Below, piece after piece: positions 39,184 to 51,649 of a DNA stretch of 64,000 nt; the stretch's first letter is position 1, and each line of letters opens with the position of its first letter. Source of the stretch: Lytechinus pictus (Eukaryota). The position numbers and the translations under genes are program-made. Under the pieces are notes generated by a model. That model did no database searches. It had not been told where the DNA came from and saw only the letters and a list, made by a program, of their open reading frames with translations. The stretch lies in the NCBI RefSeq assembly GCF_037042905.1, contig NC_087251.1, positions 37,512,001 to 37,576,000 on the forward strand. Reading direction: 5' to 3'.

Positions 39184-39962
39184 CCCTATCTAGGCTGGGG
39201 TATTTTGGGAGTTCCCACACCCCCCCCCCCCCCCCCCTCCGTGAGGTCTCGGCCGTTAATCATGCAAACGCGCAAAAAATTGGCACGCAGGTTGTCTGGG
39301 ACATAATCTACAAAATTGTATATTTCATGCAAATCGCTATTAAGTGATTATGCATGCTAATTTATACGTAATTAGTATTCCAAATCATACTTTTTCCTCT
39401 AACTCCCTAAATAAAGCTCAAAATGTTCTACATGAAAAAAATTGTGATATTAGATCAATTTCTTATGTATTATATTGTTTTTTGCAATTTCTTATTTATT
39501 TCTTTTTTTTTTGACCTTTTGTTTTTCATTGTTTTTTTGATGAACTTTTTCGGGAACTCTTGAGATCATAAACAGCATTAAACAAATCCATTTAGACCAG
39601 CAAAACTCAAAATAATCATACATTTATGATTTTTGGTTTAAAACACAGAACATTGACTTTGTACACGAAATCACGTTTTTGAGCAATTTTGGGTCTGACA
39701 TGCACTTACAAAATGTTGCATAATTTTGGAACCGCGTACCTGGGTGTCGCAAAATTGGTCTCAAAAGTTGCACAAGACTTGAAAATAAAAAGTTAGTGAG
39801 CGGCGCGGCCAGAAAATTTTGTGCGGCAAAAAATATTGCACAAATCGTTGAGGGGGGCCTGCGAGTCAGTGGGCGGCGCGGCCAGAAAATTTCGCACGGC
39901 GAAAAATATTGCACAAATCGGTGAGGGGGGCCTCCGAGGCCCCCCCCCCCCCCTAGATAGGT
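39184..39962. mobile_element. piggyBac-like MITE
   Basis: TTAA|CCCTATCTAGG ... CCTAGATAGGT|TTAA; internal tandem duplication of GCGGCGCGGCCAGAAAATTT...GAGGGGGGCCT. Confidence 0.8.
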
Positions 39963-40150
39963 TTAAGCCGACCCATAACATCGCACATCAACTGGTGCAT
40001 TTGACCCAGGATGGAAAGGTCATCCATGGATTGTATGCCATACATGTCTAAACCAGAAGAAGGTACATTATTGAGATCTCTGTTGTATGCATTAGACTTT
40101 TGACATCCATGAGTCTGCAGAATCTTCTTTGAAAATGCATCTTTTCAGCA

Positions 40151-40671
40151 TTTTTGTCTCGCCCGCCAGAGGTGAAGGCGAGACTTAGGGATTCAAATGT
40201 TGTCCGTCCATCACAAACATTATGACACATAACTCCACAACTGTAAGTCACTTTTCAACCAAACTTAGATGGTAGATGTACTTAGGGGACCTATATGTTA
40301 TGCTGCAGTCAGAGGTCACATGTTAAGGTCAAAGGTTATCTTCAGGTCAACATTAAAGTTTACATGCAAGATTCTTATATGACACAGAACTCTGTAACTG
40401 TACATGTAAGTCACTTTTAAACCAAACTTGGGTTGTAGGTGTACTCAGGAGACCTGCATCTTATTGTGTTCGGAGGTCACGTGGTAAGGTCAAAGTTCAT
40501 TTTCAGGTTGACATTAAATTTTACATGCAAGACTCTTATGACAATGTTATTCCATTCCAGTTATTTCATAATGAAGTTTTGATACAATTCTGTTGTGTGC
40601 GCTCGCAAATCACGATATTTCTGGATATCTTCATAAGTGGGCGAGACACACAAAATCGCTTATGCCTTGTT
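40151..40671 (+). mobile_element. Helentron-associated (HINE-like) element, family 2, complete
   Basis: T-run, subTIR GTCTCGCCC with nearby GGCGAGAC hairpin, GTCC microsatellite, tandem units, 3' GGGCGAGAC, ends CTTGTT. Confidence 0.75.
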
Positions 40672-43597
40672 ATGCTTAATAGCATAATTTTGAAAGATGT
40701 TTGTGTTTACATGAACATTCAACTGCATGTAAAATTCATTGAATGTATTCACATATTTACAGTAAACACTTGTAAATTAAATGCAACCTCGGATAAGTAA
40801 AAATAATTTCATTGCTAATGAATGTTTATTATACTATAATACTAGGACCCCATTGGAAATTAGCTTTTTGGCTTTCATGGGTTATCCTGTCAAGGTTTTC
40901 TTCCCATTTATTGTAACTTATCTTGTGTTATTCTTGATTAATAGAATGAATAAATCAATTAATTTTGAGAAAGACGTTGATCAGGCCCCCTTTCTTGCAT
41001 CCAGACACTCAACCTCAAAGACCGAAAGGCCACCCTGTTGGCTTGTATTCATCTGGCTGGCGAGTGATGTGTATATCTTGTGTATCTATGTCGTAGAAGA
41101 TGAATGTACCTATGAGCTAATCGGCATGTTGACATTTGGTAGCGCTTAAGTCTCATCGTCTTAGGCAGATTGATTATAGGCAAGGCTCGTGTCATCATTT
41201 TTGCTGTGCTATTAGTTGAGATTATAGCGTCCTTATACATGCACAGTTTTCATTAGAATGCTTCTCAGTGATTATATATCTCTCTACCTAAGCCCCTCCA
41301 TCCCATCTCATCAAGAAGCGAGAAAAGCAAATGTCAACTATGAATTATGAAATAGCTTTTTAGGACTATTTTGATTTCTGTCATGTCACATTGCATGTAT
41401 TTCAGCATAAAAGATAAGCAATTGGTAACGGAATTTGCCTTCAAACATGATTCCAAGGAACTGCTTATTTGTATGTTATATCTTTAAAGCTATATATTAA
41501 AGCAGAATGTTATTAATATTTTGCAAAAGATAGCTGCAGGTCGAACAGTACATACTGTTTTTTTTTGGTGATTCTGCATATAATGTCTTTCAAAGCACTT
41601 CGTTTTCCAACTTTCATGTTTGCAATTTGAAATATGTTTACTTTTACTGTTGATTTAACGCAACCTTGATGCAGAAAACATGTTTTGAAAAGTGTTTCAA
41701 ATCATAATGCTCATGTAAAAAAAGTGATGACTTTAACGCACCCTAATAGACCTACATGTATTTCAAGGGATCAACTCCCTGCATTCCTTGAAGACTTTGG
41801 GCATGTACATGTAGTTTATTACGTGTTCTAGTAAAGACATGAAGAATGCAATGTATTTAAAGGCTAAGTTATTAAAGTTTTAAGCCTTGATAGAGATTAA
41901 AAATTTAAAAATTGTTTGATGAAGTAAATAAAGGTATTGCCAAATTTCTTTCAATTTACAAAATAATGCCAAGGATAGACTTGCGTTGTGAAGTTAAACA
42001 ATGAACACTCAATGTTTGTGATCAATCAGGTCTGAATGAACTGTAGTATCGAAGAATATATCCTGTAGCGTTATATTTGATTTGCATAAGTCTTAATTAG
42101 GTGCTTGGCATTGACGATACAATAAGCAGTGAAGAGAGCAAAGGGCAAAATCTGAATGTTATTGATAATGAGTCAGGAAATGGGACAATCACACCTTTGT
42201 AGGTGTGGGTATACAGGCCTACATGTAATATACACTACCTTTCTTTCCATTGATATTCTATGGGATTCATACTACAATGTTGACATGTCTGAGTACTGGC
42301 TTGAAGCTTGGAGTGAAAAAAAAGGAACATATTTCTTCTGTTTGAACATTTTTTTAGTCTTGAATCTTGAATGAAAAAAAGCTATACCATCAGCTGTCCA
42401 GGGGGAAGCAATGATTACAATGTATGTGCATATTATGATGTGCGAGTAAACTATAAAGGAAGCCAAGCATTTGTATCTCAATGGTACAAGTTGCTGGAAT
42501 AGTATTACTTGGGTTTCAGTGAATTTACCTTAAGGCCTATATATTCTTTCATTGCTGATCATGGTTTATAGCTCATGTATGATTTCAGTAATTGGAGTAC
42601 TAGAAAGCAAAGGAGTGTACTGTGTAATGATATCTATTTTTGACATTTTGTCGCGTCTCATTGTCATAACTTAGGTTTCAGTAAATTCACCTAGATATAT
42701 TAATTATGTTTTATAGCACTTGTAGGATTTCAGTACAAGGACACAAAGGATTACCTTCTGTGTAGGTGATAGCAATATCATCATCTCCCTATTTGTACTT
42801 GCTCTTGAAAGTAAGTTGCATAGCTTCGATACAAAAATGTAAATGTATAGAGTTTTGTTGAGCACTGTAAGTTCCAAAACTGTAAAAAAATGGAAAATTA
42901 TATATCAGACTTATGTCCTGACTTCCAAGACATACATGCAGAGACACATGACATAGACCACTTGCTGCCAGCCATGCCACATCTGAGAAATTCAAGGGGG
43001 GTAGTGGAGACATTAGAGGGGAACCCCCCCCCCAAAAAAAAAAAAAAAATGTGAAGAATAGAATTGCATGTAGTCCCCTCTTCATTCACATGAACAATCA
43101 CAGGTTGTATTTCATCTTGTACATAAATTAATTGGGCCAGGAATGCACAGCGAACACATTCTGTAGACCAGTTGCTGCCTAGTCTTCAGACACAGACCCT
43201 AATTGAAACTGATCAACAAGTGGGTCTTTGCACAAGACTAACAAATACACCCTTGCTTTTTAAATTTCCTGAACAAGAGGGGCCTTCTGTCTGTGCACAA
43301 GCTATTAGTAGAGACTCCAGGTTGCATATATTTATACCACTTTCCTCAAGAGAAGGGTTTGCACAGCAGACTACTTGCTGCCAGCCATGCTTCATCTTAG
43401 AAATTCAAAGGGGGGGGGGGATAGGAGACCAAACATTCAAGGGGAAACCCTTTACTCACATTTATGATTTTCAGCTGATGAGTCATAGGGGCCCTATTCC
43501 TCAGGGAAAGGGGGTAGGGAATTCCAATACATGAATGAAATACTTACTTCAGATGTGTTGGCACATCCATTCTATATGAGTGAAAAAAAAGACTGAT

Positions 43598-43837
43598 GGC
43601 TTGGTCCCACTGCACATGGAAAAGAATCTTGCCATCCATTAGAAAACGTTATGTATCCGTTGTGAACTCTTTGCATACATGTTTCATACACTCTATCCGT
43701 CCACTGTGATTCCATTGTTCGCCCATTTTGTCCACTGTCTGGAGCGGATGAAAACGGATGGAGCCACCCCAAAATTTTGCTTGTCCGCTGTATCCGTTTT
43801 AAGAATATTTGGGTCCGTTTGCCAGTGGGACCAGGCC
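43598..43837. mobile_element. PIF/Harbinger-like MITE
   Basis: GGCTTGGTCCCACTG/CAGTGGGACCAGGCC inverted ends; internal ATCCGT/ACGGAT repeats. Confidence 0.65.
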
Positions 43838-45015
43838 TTTAGCAGATAATCTCCAGTGTGTATGTACTTTAAGTAGTACCCCCCCCCCAATTCATTCAAT
43901 ATATTTGTAAAATGCTTTGATTACTTGGAATTGAAGAAAAGTATCTAGATGTACAAACTGACGCTGTATGAAAAGTCATGATTCTCACTCAAAGGCAACT
44001 TAAGGGGGATTTCAATAATTTAATGAAATATTCTACATCAGATGTGTTGGCACATCCATTCTATTGTGTAAAAAAGACTGGGCATATTTTCTCCAGTCTA
44101 TTAACTGTTTTTACACACTGCCTAAATAATTTATGTTGAAAGTCGAAAGTTAAACAGGGCAAAATGTTTGTATATTGTCTAGGTGAATTTGAAAATGAAT
44201 GAAAGTATTTACGTACACAAAATGTAAGAATATGACAAATCATGATTCTCAATGAAAGGTAACTGTCAAACCCAAATTGTTCATGGCATAGAAATTCCCA
44301 AAGTGGATTTAGATTTTCATTGATAGTGACTAAACATGCCGACATCATTTTGGGTACAAATGCACATCTCATTGTTCGGATGAGAGAGTAAGCAATTGCC
44401 CGGCATGGCACATACTGGTATGCAATATTTTGTCAAGGGTTCTTTATTGATTGTTCCAAATCTTATGGAGGTCTCTGCTCTGCCTTCGGGGCAGTTTGAA
44501 ATCACCCAGAGATTCGCTCACCTTTGAAGCATGAGCATTGAGGTCATAATCGATACAGTGATCACTGGGGATTCATGATACCCTGCTCCTCCACTTTGTT
44601 TTCCTGTCTTCCAGATTCATATCCAGAATATGTTAACCCTTTCACTTACACCCCTTTCATACTGAGCTGAGCGGCACTTCCCTGTTGAACTTCAGCGGGG
44701 AAAGGCGGTGAAGGGTGCAGTGTGAAAGAAACCAGTGGAAACTTCCGTGCAGAACTTCTGCAGGACCTTTTTTCGCGTCATGAAGATAAGCGGGGAAGCG
44801 GTTTACCCACTTAAACTTGGCACTGTGAAAGGGATAGTACAACCTTACAAACTTTTCAGCTTAATGAAGTCTGAGGTCAAATCAACCCGCATCTCCCTGC
44901 AATCATTTTTTTTTTATATGCCCTTAAAGACCCCAGTCTACTCCTTTTTCGACAGAGCTCCATCACATGCCTTGCACTTGCCAGCGAAGAAAAGGCAGTC
45001 TGTAATGGTTCACTA

Positions 45016-45724
45016 AGGGTGTGTCCAATGTTGGTTTCCAAATTTAAACGGCAACATGGATCTTGATTAAAAATGTGATTACAAAACATGGACATAGTGA
45101 GAAACAAAAGGTGTTCAATGTCCTCTATTCCCGGTCATAAAAGTAAACGTCTTTCAAATCATGATATGGAGGAAAAATCAAACGTCGAAAAAGATGCGTT
45201 TGTAAACGCGATCAGTTCAAATTTTATGACCTTGAGCATTCCATCATTAAATACGTCATTAAACATAATTGAGTTTTGAAAAATCTTTAAATTTGCTCTT
45301 GCGGTGGAAGCCTACACAAACAGGTGCCAGACCTGACCTTTCTTGTGATGGGTTATACTGCGCTCTAAAGCAGCGCTAACGAAAGCGTGGAGCGTTGTGG
45401 CCCAGTGGATTACTCTTCTGACTTTGAAACAGAGGATCGTGGGTTCGAATCCCAGCCATGGCGTAATTTCCTTCAGCAAGAAATTTATCCACATTGTGCT
45501 GCACTCAACCCAGGTGAGGTGAATGGGTACCCGGCAGGATTAATTCCTTGAATGCATGAGCGCTGAAAGGCAGCTCGAGCTAAAGCCAGGGTAATAATAA
45601 TAATAACATCGCGCCTCAGAATAGAATATTTCTAGATAGGTGGGGCTATATAAATGCCTATTATTATTATTATGAAAGCGGGAAATTTAATACAATCAAC
45701 ATATATCGACATTGAACAAACCCT
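45016..45724. mobile_element. MITE hosting a SINE insertion
   Basis: TA|AGGGTGTGTCCAATGTTG ... CGACATTGAACAAACCCT|TA imperfect TIRs around the SINE at 45388. Confidence 0.6.
45388..45673 (+). mobile_element. Full-length tRNA-derived SINE
   Basis: A box TGGCCCAGTGG, B box GGTTCGAATCC, core CAACCCAGGTGAGGTGAATGGGTACC, tail GCTATATAAATGCC(TAT)n; 7-bp TSD GAAAGCG (45381-45387, 45674-45680). Confidence 0.9.
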
Positions 45725-46161
45725 TAATTATTTGCTGGTGAAGTAAGGAATGCAAAGTGGTAAACTTCAGCAGCGAATTTCAACATGTAAACAGGGAAGA
45801 GCACACTATAAAAGGGGTATAAGCAAAGGGTCTCCAGATAGTGCAGTGGAAAATTAGTCACAGTGGAAATGATCGAGGATACATGAAAAAAAAATGTAAG
45901 GGTAATTAAATTTAATTGATATTAAAAATGTTTTGTTTTTCTTGATGAGAGCAGATACTAGATGCTGGTACTGTAATGTAGGCAGTGGCATCTGATCTGA
46001 TATGCTAGAAGGTCATCGATTGAGACTATACAGCTTTACTGCCTTTATCCTTCTAGGCTTATCTCCAGGTGATATTGAATCTTCTTACAGATCACTTTTG
46101 ATTTAGTATAATGCATGTATACTTTGTCATTTATAATTTGTTCTCTTTTGTATCTCAACAG

Positions 46162-46210
46162 GTGTACAGAGAAGTTAAAATTATGAAATTACTAGACCAT
46201 CCAAATATAG
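46162..46210 (+). CDS. MARK: PAR-1/MARK kinase, coding exon 4 (VYREVKIMKLLDHPNI, alphaC helix)
   Basis: AACAG| acceptor, TAG|GTAAGT donor, 49 nt, phase 0/1; G plus TG of the next exon gives Val. Confidence 0.95.
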
Positions 46211-46251
46211 GTAAGTACACAAGATTCCCACTGTCTCAGTAGCAACCTTTA

Positions 46252-46670
46252 AGGCCACTGCACACCTTACGACCCGACTGGTCGGCGACTGGCTTGCGAC
46301 TGAGTGAGGGGAGATAAATCGCAAGGTAGTCATAAGCCTCGGCACCGCACACCTTGCGATCCGATCTGCGACTCACGCATGCGCTTTTTGCTTTTTGGCA
46401 TTGCAACTGAGGAAGTGCGCTTACTACTGCATAAGCGCGTTGTTTATCATATACGCGTCGTGCAACTCTGCTGTCTGATTGGCTGGAAGTTGGATTGAGC
46501 TTGCGATTTTGTCATAAGGATTCGACATGTCAAATCCTTCCGATTTTCCTTGCGACTTGTCTCTGACCGGTCTGCGACTCGAAGCTGACAAGAGCTGTGA
46601 CGTCACATTTCCCCTCACCCAGTCGCAAGCCAGTCGCTGACCAGTTGGGTCGCAAGGTGCACGGTGGCCT
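46252..46670. mobile_element. PIF/Harbinger-like MITE
   Basis: ~60-bp imperfect TIRs AGGCCACTGCACACCTT.../...AAGGTGCACGGTGGCCT, TTA TSD on both sides, TGCGAC/GTCGCA repeats. Confidence 0.85.
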
Positions 46671-47174
46671 TTACATGTAGCCTGTATTATAAACCTTCAT
46701 TATGTAACCATTTATACATGGCTACATGACCAAAGTTCTACATCTGGAAGTGCTTCTCAGAGGGTCTTTCAGGAGTCGGGCTGCTTTTGATATTTTTTTC
46801 TAATTTATTTTTTTCCTTCATTTCTGTAATAAGAGCCAGAATATATTTCTGTTACCCATTCATAATTACAATCTATTGTTAAAAGCCACAAATATTGCAG
46901 AATATAATACCACAAATTATCGCAGAATGTAATACACAAATTATATTCCTCTTTGTGGTATCTAGCATATTGTGAACTATATTTGCTTTTTCATGTTTTT
47001 GCATTGTAAATGGGTTTTGAGAGGGAATGGTACTAAAAGAATATGAATATAATTTTCACTTATCAGCCATGAAACTAGGCCTACAGAACAATTTTTTTTT
47101 TACTAAATGATAAAATCAAAAGAGAAACGGAAACTATTATGTGTTGTGAAATGCAATAGGGCACTGCATACTTT

Positions 47175-47345
47175 CTGGGAGTGTTTCATAAAGCTATCTA
47201 TAAAGTCGCCCATGATGGAAACATGTTCTCATGTACCAAGTCAGCTACATAGGGATGTAGTAGCATTAAGTACAAAAAAGGGTAACTACCTGCCGTGCTT
47301 TAAGTTATTTGTAGCTTACAAATAGCTTTATGAAACAGTCTTCTG
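47175..47345. mobile_element. Palindromic MITE (GTTTCATAAAGCT family), degenerate
   Basis: TGTTTCATAAAGCTAT ... ATAGCTTTATGAAACA inverted ends; interior similar to 24150-24260. Confidence 0.65.
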
Positions 47346-48410
47346 GTGTAGAACCCTGATATTCCCGTATTCTGAGTGAAACCCATTGATATACATAATA
47401 TACATCTCTGCATGACTACCTTATCTGCAGTTATGCTGTATTTGGGGGCATATCCAAATGGGTGTTTCCGAAATCGCTTACAGATATCCATCAGTAATAT
47501 TGTCTCCCGTAAGGAAATCTGAAGGAACGTTTATTTAAGCTACGGTGCAAATATGCCTGATTCCACCTCATGTGGTAAACCCTATTACACCTACATGTAT
47601 ATGATGAAAAACATCAAGCCAGAAGCGGGCAACTCGGTAACTTGAGGATCCCACCTAAATGAGTTACCGCGATGGTTTATTAAGATGATGACATCAACTC
47701 TGCATTGTCTCCATGGTGACCAAGCTTAGATGTTTCAAAAGCATCATCTCACCATAGCTACGGTAGGGTTAGTGATTAATCTCATAGAAAAAATGAAGAA
47801 ATTTCCACTAATCTTTTTCAATGCTGTTTGTTAGCTGAATTTACTGCTATGCCTCTTGATTATTTCTTTCCTCCTCTTTGATCCACAAATATTCTTATTT
47901 ATATCAAAGACTGTCACTTTATTTATATCCTCTCATTCTTCAAGCTCATGCACTGCTTCAAATAAGCCTTGTGTTTTTTAAACCTCTAAAACGGGTTTGG
48001 TATAAACTAATTAAGTCATTCTTCATTTTTATGGATGTTGATCACTGCCAACATAAAGTGACTTACATGCATCCTGACGCCATAACTTGTGATTGCTGTA
48101 TATTCTATATCAATCTTGATTGGTTAATATGGTTATTTTCATTCGCGATGGACTCTCAAGAAATTGGATTGTTGATAAGTGCTTGAAATAGTTGATCATA
48201 TTTTCTTTTTTAGTTTCTGGCAATAATCATGTTATTGAATGTATAAAAATCTTATCTGAGTTATATTTGGATAAGTATACATGTAACTATTGAACATATA
48301 TAGTTTAAATTGGCGTTTTGGTTATTTTTTTTCATTCCTGTATTAAAATAAAAACAAGTTGATGTAATGCAACGATGCCTTATTTCTTTTTACATTATTT
48401 GATGATCATA

Positions 48411-48587
48411 GAGGGAATGATTTTCTTGGTATCGCATGGCAATTTGCTCCACATTTTTGAAAGACTGCCATGCATAAAGTCTTTTGTATAGCATATTTTT
48501 ACATAGGACTGTACATTACTTTAGTTGAGAGCTTTTCTCTTATGACCAAAAATGCTATTCAAATTTGAGAAGCAAAATTATTCCCTG
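48411..48587. mobile_element. ~180-bp MITE, copy 2 (5-bp TSD family)
   Basis: GAGGGAATGAT/ATTATTCCCTG ends; exact 5-bp TSD TCATA (48406-48410, 48588-48592); homologous to 3490-3670. Confidence 0.75.
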
Positions 48588-49412
48588 TCATATTACCAAA
48601 TTTCTTTAAAACCAGTTTATGGTTATCCCACAAATACAAATACGATGCAAGATGCATATCCATAACAGACAAACTAGGAAATTAAATATGGGAATCTTCT
48701 CTTTTTAGTTTATAGCTTTGCTGATATAGTTGGGATTATATTTCTTATGCCTGAGAGCATGTCCTTTCTGATTATGTTCTTGTAGTTTGTTCAAGGTGCA
48801 AAGGGATTCACTGGCTTTGTTCATGTTTTACACTCAGTTTTCTGAAGGCTTGATTATTATTCGGTCTTTGTACCATCAAGAAAAGTGCAATTTTCTCTTC
48901 ATATCACAAGTAAAGGAGTGTGCATACCCATCATAATCATATTTTCAATTTGGTAGGAGCACCTGTTTTCTGTCAAAAAGAAGTAGTAACTTCTGTGAGA
49001 TGAATTCGATTTCAGACCACTGTAATCTAGGCGGCCATAACTGGTGGCTTTCAAAGAAGAACAATTGCACTTTCAATAGATGAGCCAGGTGCGATGCTAT
49101 GTCAGTGTATTTTTATTAGGCATACTTAAAGCCCTTTTTTACAAAGTACTATAATAAAATAATAGCACCCAAACCAAATTTGTCTACATAAGAAAGGAGT
49201 TTTATTTGTACTCCTCTAATATCTTAAGAAGATATGAACTTAATCATATGTGATGTATTCTCTTCTGATACAAATAGTAATTTAATTTCTTTTTAATTTT
49301 CAAATTGCATGTTACTTAAAAGGTTGGGATTTTTTAAGCATCATTTCAGGTACAAGTACAGTGCACATAAATTAATGCACATTCTTGTTTTAAAATGGTT
49401 TTCCTGTCACCA

Positions 49413-50371
49413 TTTTTTGTCTCACCTGCATAGCAGAGTGAGACTATAGGCGCCGCTTTTCCGACGGCGACGGCGGCGGCGGCGTCAACACCAAATCTTA
49501 ACCTGAGGTTAAGTTTTTGAAATGACAGCATAACTTAGAAAGTATATGGACCTAGTTCATGAAACTTGGCCATAAGGTTAATCAAGTATTACTGAACATC
49601 CTGCCTGAGTTTCATGTCACATGACCAAGGTCAAAGGTCATTTAGGGTCAATGAACTTAGACCATGTTGGGGGAATCAAAATCAAAATCTTAACCTAAGG
49701 TTAAGTTTTTGAAATGTCATCATAACTTAGAAAATATATGGACCTAGTTCATGAAACTTATACATAAGGTTAATCAAGTATCACTGAACATCCTGCATGA
49801 GTTTCACATCACATGACCAAGGTCAAAGGTCATTTAGGGTCAATGAACTTTGGCCGAATTGGGGGTATCTGTTGAATTACCATCATAACTTTGAAAGTTT
49901 ATGGATCTGATTCATGAAACTTGGACATAATAGTAATCAAGTATTACTGAACATCCTGTGCAAGTTTCAGGTCACATGATCAAGGTCAAAGGTCATTTAG
50001 GGTCAATGAACTTTGGCCAAATTGGGGTATTTGTTTAATTACAGCCATAAATTTGAAAGTGTGTTGGTCTAGTTCATAAAACTTGGACATAATAGTAATC
50101 AAGTATCACTGAACATCCTGTGCGAGTTTCAGGTCACATGATCAAGGTCAAAGGTCATGTAAGGTCAAAGAACTTTGGCCACGTTGGGGGTATTTGTTGA
50201 ATTGCCATCATATCTCTATAAGTGTATTGGTCTAGTTCATAAAACGTGGAAATAAGAGTAACCAAGTATCACTGAACATCTTGTGCGAGTTATAGTAGTT
50301 TTCAAAATCAGCACTGCTGCTATATTGAATCGCGTGATGCAGGTGAGACGGCCAGAGGCATTCCACTTGTT
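49413..50371 (+). mobile_element. Helentron-associated (HINE/DINE-1/Tsp-like) element with internal tandem array
   Basis: T-run, subTIR GTCTCACCTGCAT with adjacent GTGAGAC hairpin, (CGG)n microsatellite, about 4.5 tandem units of 162-192 bp, 3' ATGCAGGTGAGAC, ends CTTGTT; fragment of the same family at about 2365-2420. Confidence 0.85.
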
Positions 50372-50749
50372 CAATGATGACATGACAAAAATGCATAAAG
50401 GATCTTGTGCAGTACTGCACAATTCCATTTCCAGTTCACAGAAACATTGAACGAATAGTCCCATTAATGACTTGGTGTACTTGCTTGGTACAGGAGCCGA
50501 AATCTATGTGTGAAAACCGCATTTTCAAGTTTCTAATATCAGTGGTGGCCTCTGATCAATAATGCGCATGAGGCACAGGGATATTAAGGATAATGTAATT
50601 CATTTTTGTTCTGTGATGGATTCTTTAGTGTATGGGTGTGACATCGCTAGGATGCGATCCGTAAGGTCCCTGTAGGAAGGAACGTCTGTTACTCTTTTTC
50701 ATTGATGATGGGTTGTAGGATGAATGTCTTTTTTAAAATAGTAATTCAT

Positions 50750-50960
50750 TGGTGATACAACATTTGCTCCAGCGATGATTGCTTCCAGCTTTGTTTCGTC
50801 AAAGATGTAGGGTTAGCGCTGCGATATTTCTCCATGTTAGATTTAGGGTTAGGTTTAGAGTGAGTATCGTATTAAATCCAGGATTGAAGTTGAGGCATTC
50901 GTTCAGTGTATGGCATTTGTAGCGGGGCAATTGTCCTCATAGCAAATATCATGGAATCAA
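50750..50960. mobile_element. Degenerate MITE with central (TTAGGG)-like repeats
   Basis: ACATTTGCT...ATTGC versus GCAATTGT...AGCAAAT inverted arms around TAGGGTTAG repeats. Confidence 0.45.
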
Positions 50961-51348
50961 TTCATTTTCATTCTGTATCTCCACGATGGGAGTCTTTTAT
51001 AACGGTGTGATAAGCTAGGATGCAATCTGTAAAGTCCCTGTAGGAAGGAATTTCTGCAAGTCTTTGATGATGGGTTGTAAGATGAATGGTCTATGTCCAC
51101 ACACCACCTTTTTATTTACCAAGAAGTGCATCACCTGCCTCAGGGTTGTAGGAAGCCTGTTATCCTCTACCCGATGCGCATCGAAGCTTGCATAGGCAGG
51201 AGGCAGATAAGATGGAGGCAAGAAGATGCCACAACACACTTTACCACGCACAGAAATTACATTCCCCTTCTTTAGAGCTTCCCTCATCTTCTTCCTCTCC
51301 TCTCTATTTTCCTTCTCACTTTGTATTCTAGTTTGCAGGCATAAAACT

Positions 51349-51515
51349 TAGTCTGCTGTGCAAAACCTTCACTGGAGTTAACGGTCTCAATGTGCAAGCC
51401 TACTCATGCCTTTTGTACTGAAGGCCGTCTCGCACAGCAAGTTTTGTACGTGCTAGTCTTTGCGTGGAGACACTTGTTGATCAAAGCTTCAATCAGGGTC
51501 TGAGCCTGCAGACTA
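51349..51515. mobile_element. 167-bp Academ-like MITE
   Basis: TIR TAGTCTGC/GCAGACTA; 9-bp flanks CATAAAACT/CATAAAACC (8/9 match). Confidence 0.65.
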
Positions 51516-51649
51516 CATAAAACCTAAGTCTGTCAAAGCATGCTGATGTGACTTGACTGGTAGACGTAGTACCCTCTCAGTTACAAGTATACCCATGAAT
51601 TATGGGAGTTTAGACCACAAAATGTAGGATGATTAACTTCGTGTGATTG

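Noticed and set aside
45388..45462. tRNA gene
   Set aside because: A and B boxes are present, but the acceptor stem is poor and the sequence runs into a SINE core and tail with a TSD and three other copies.
50805..50865. Interstitial telomere
   Set aside because: Only a few degenerate TTAGGG units, inside a MITE.
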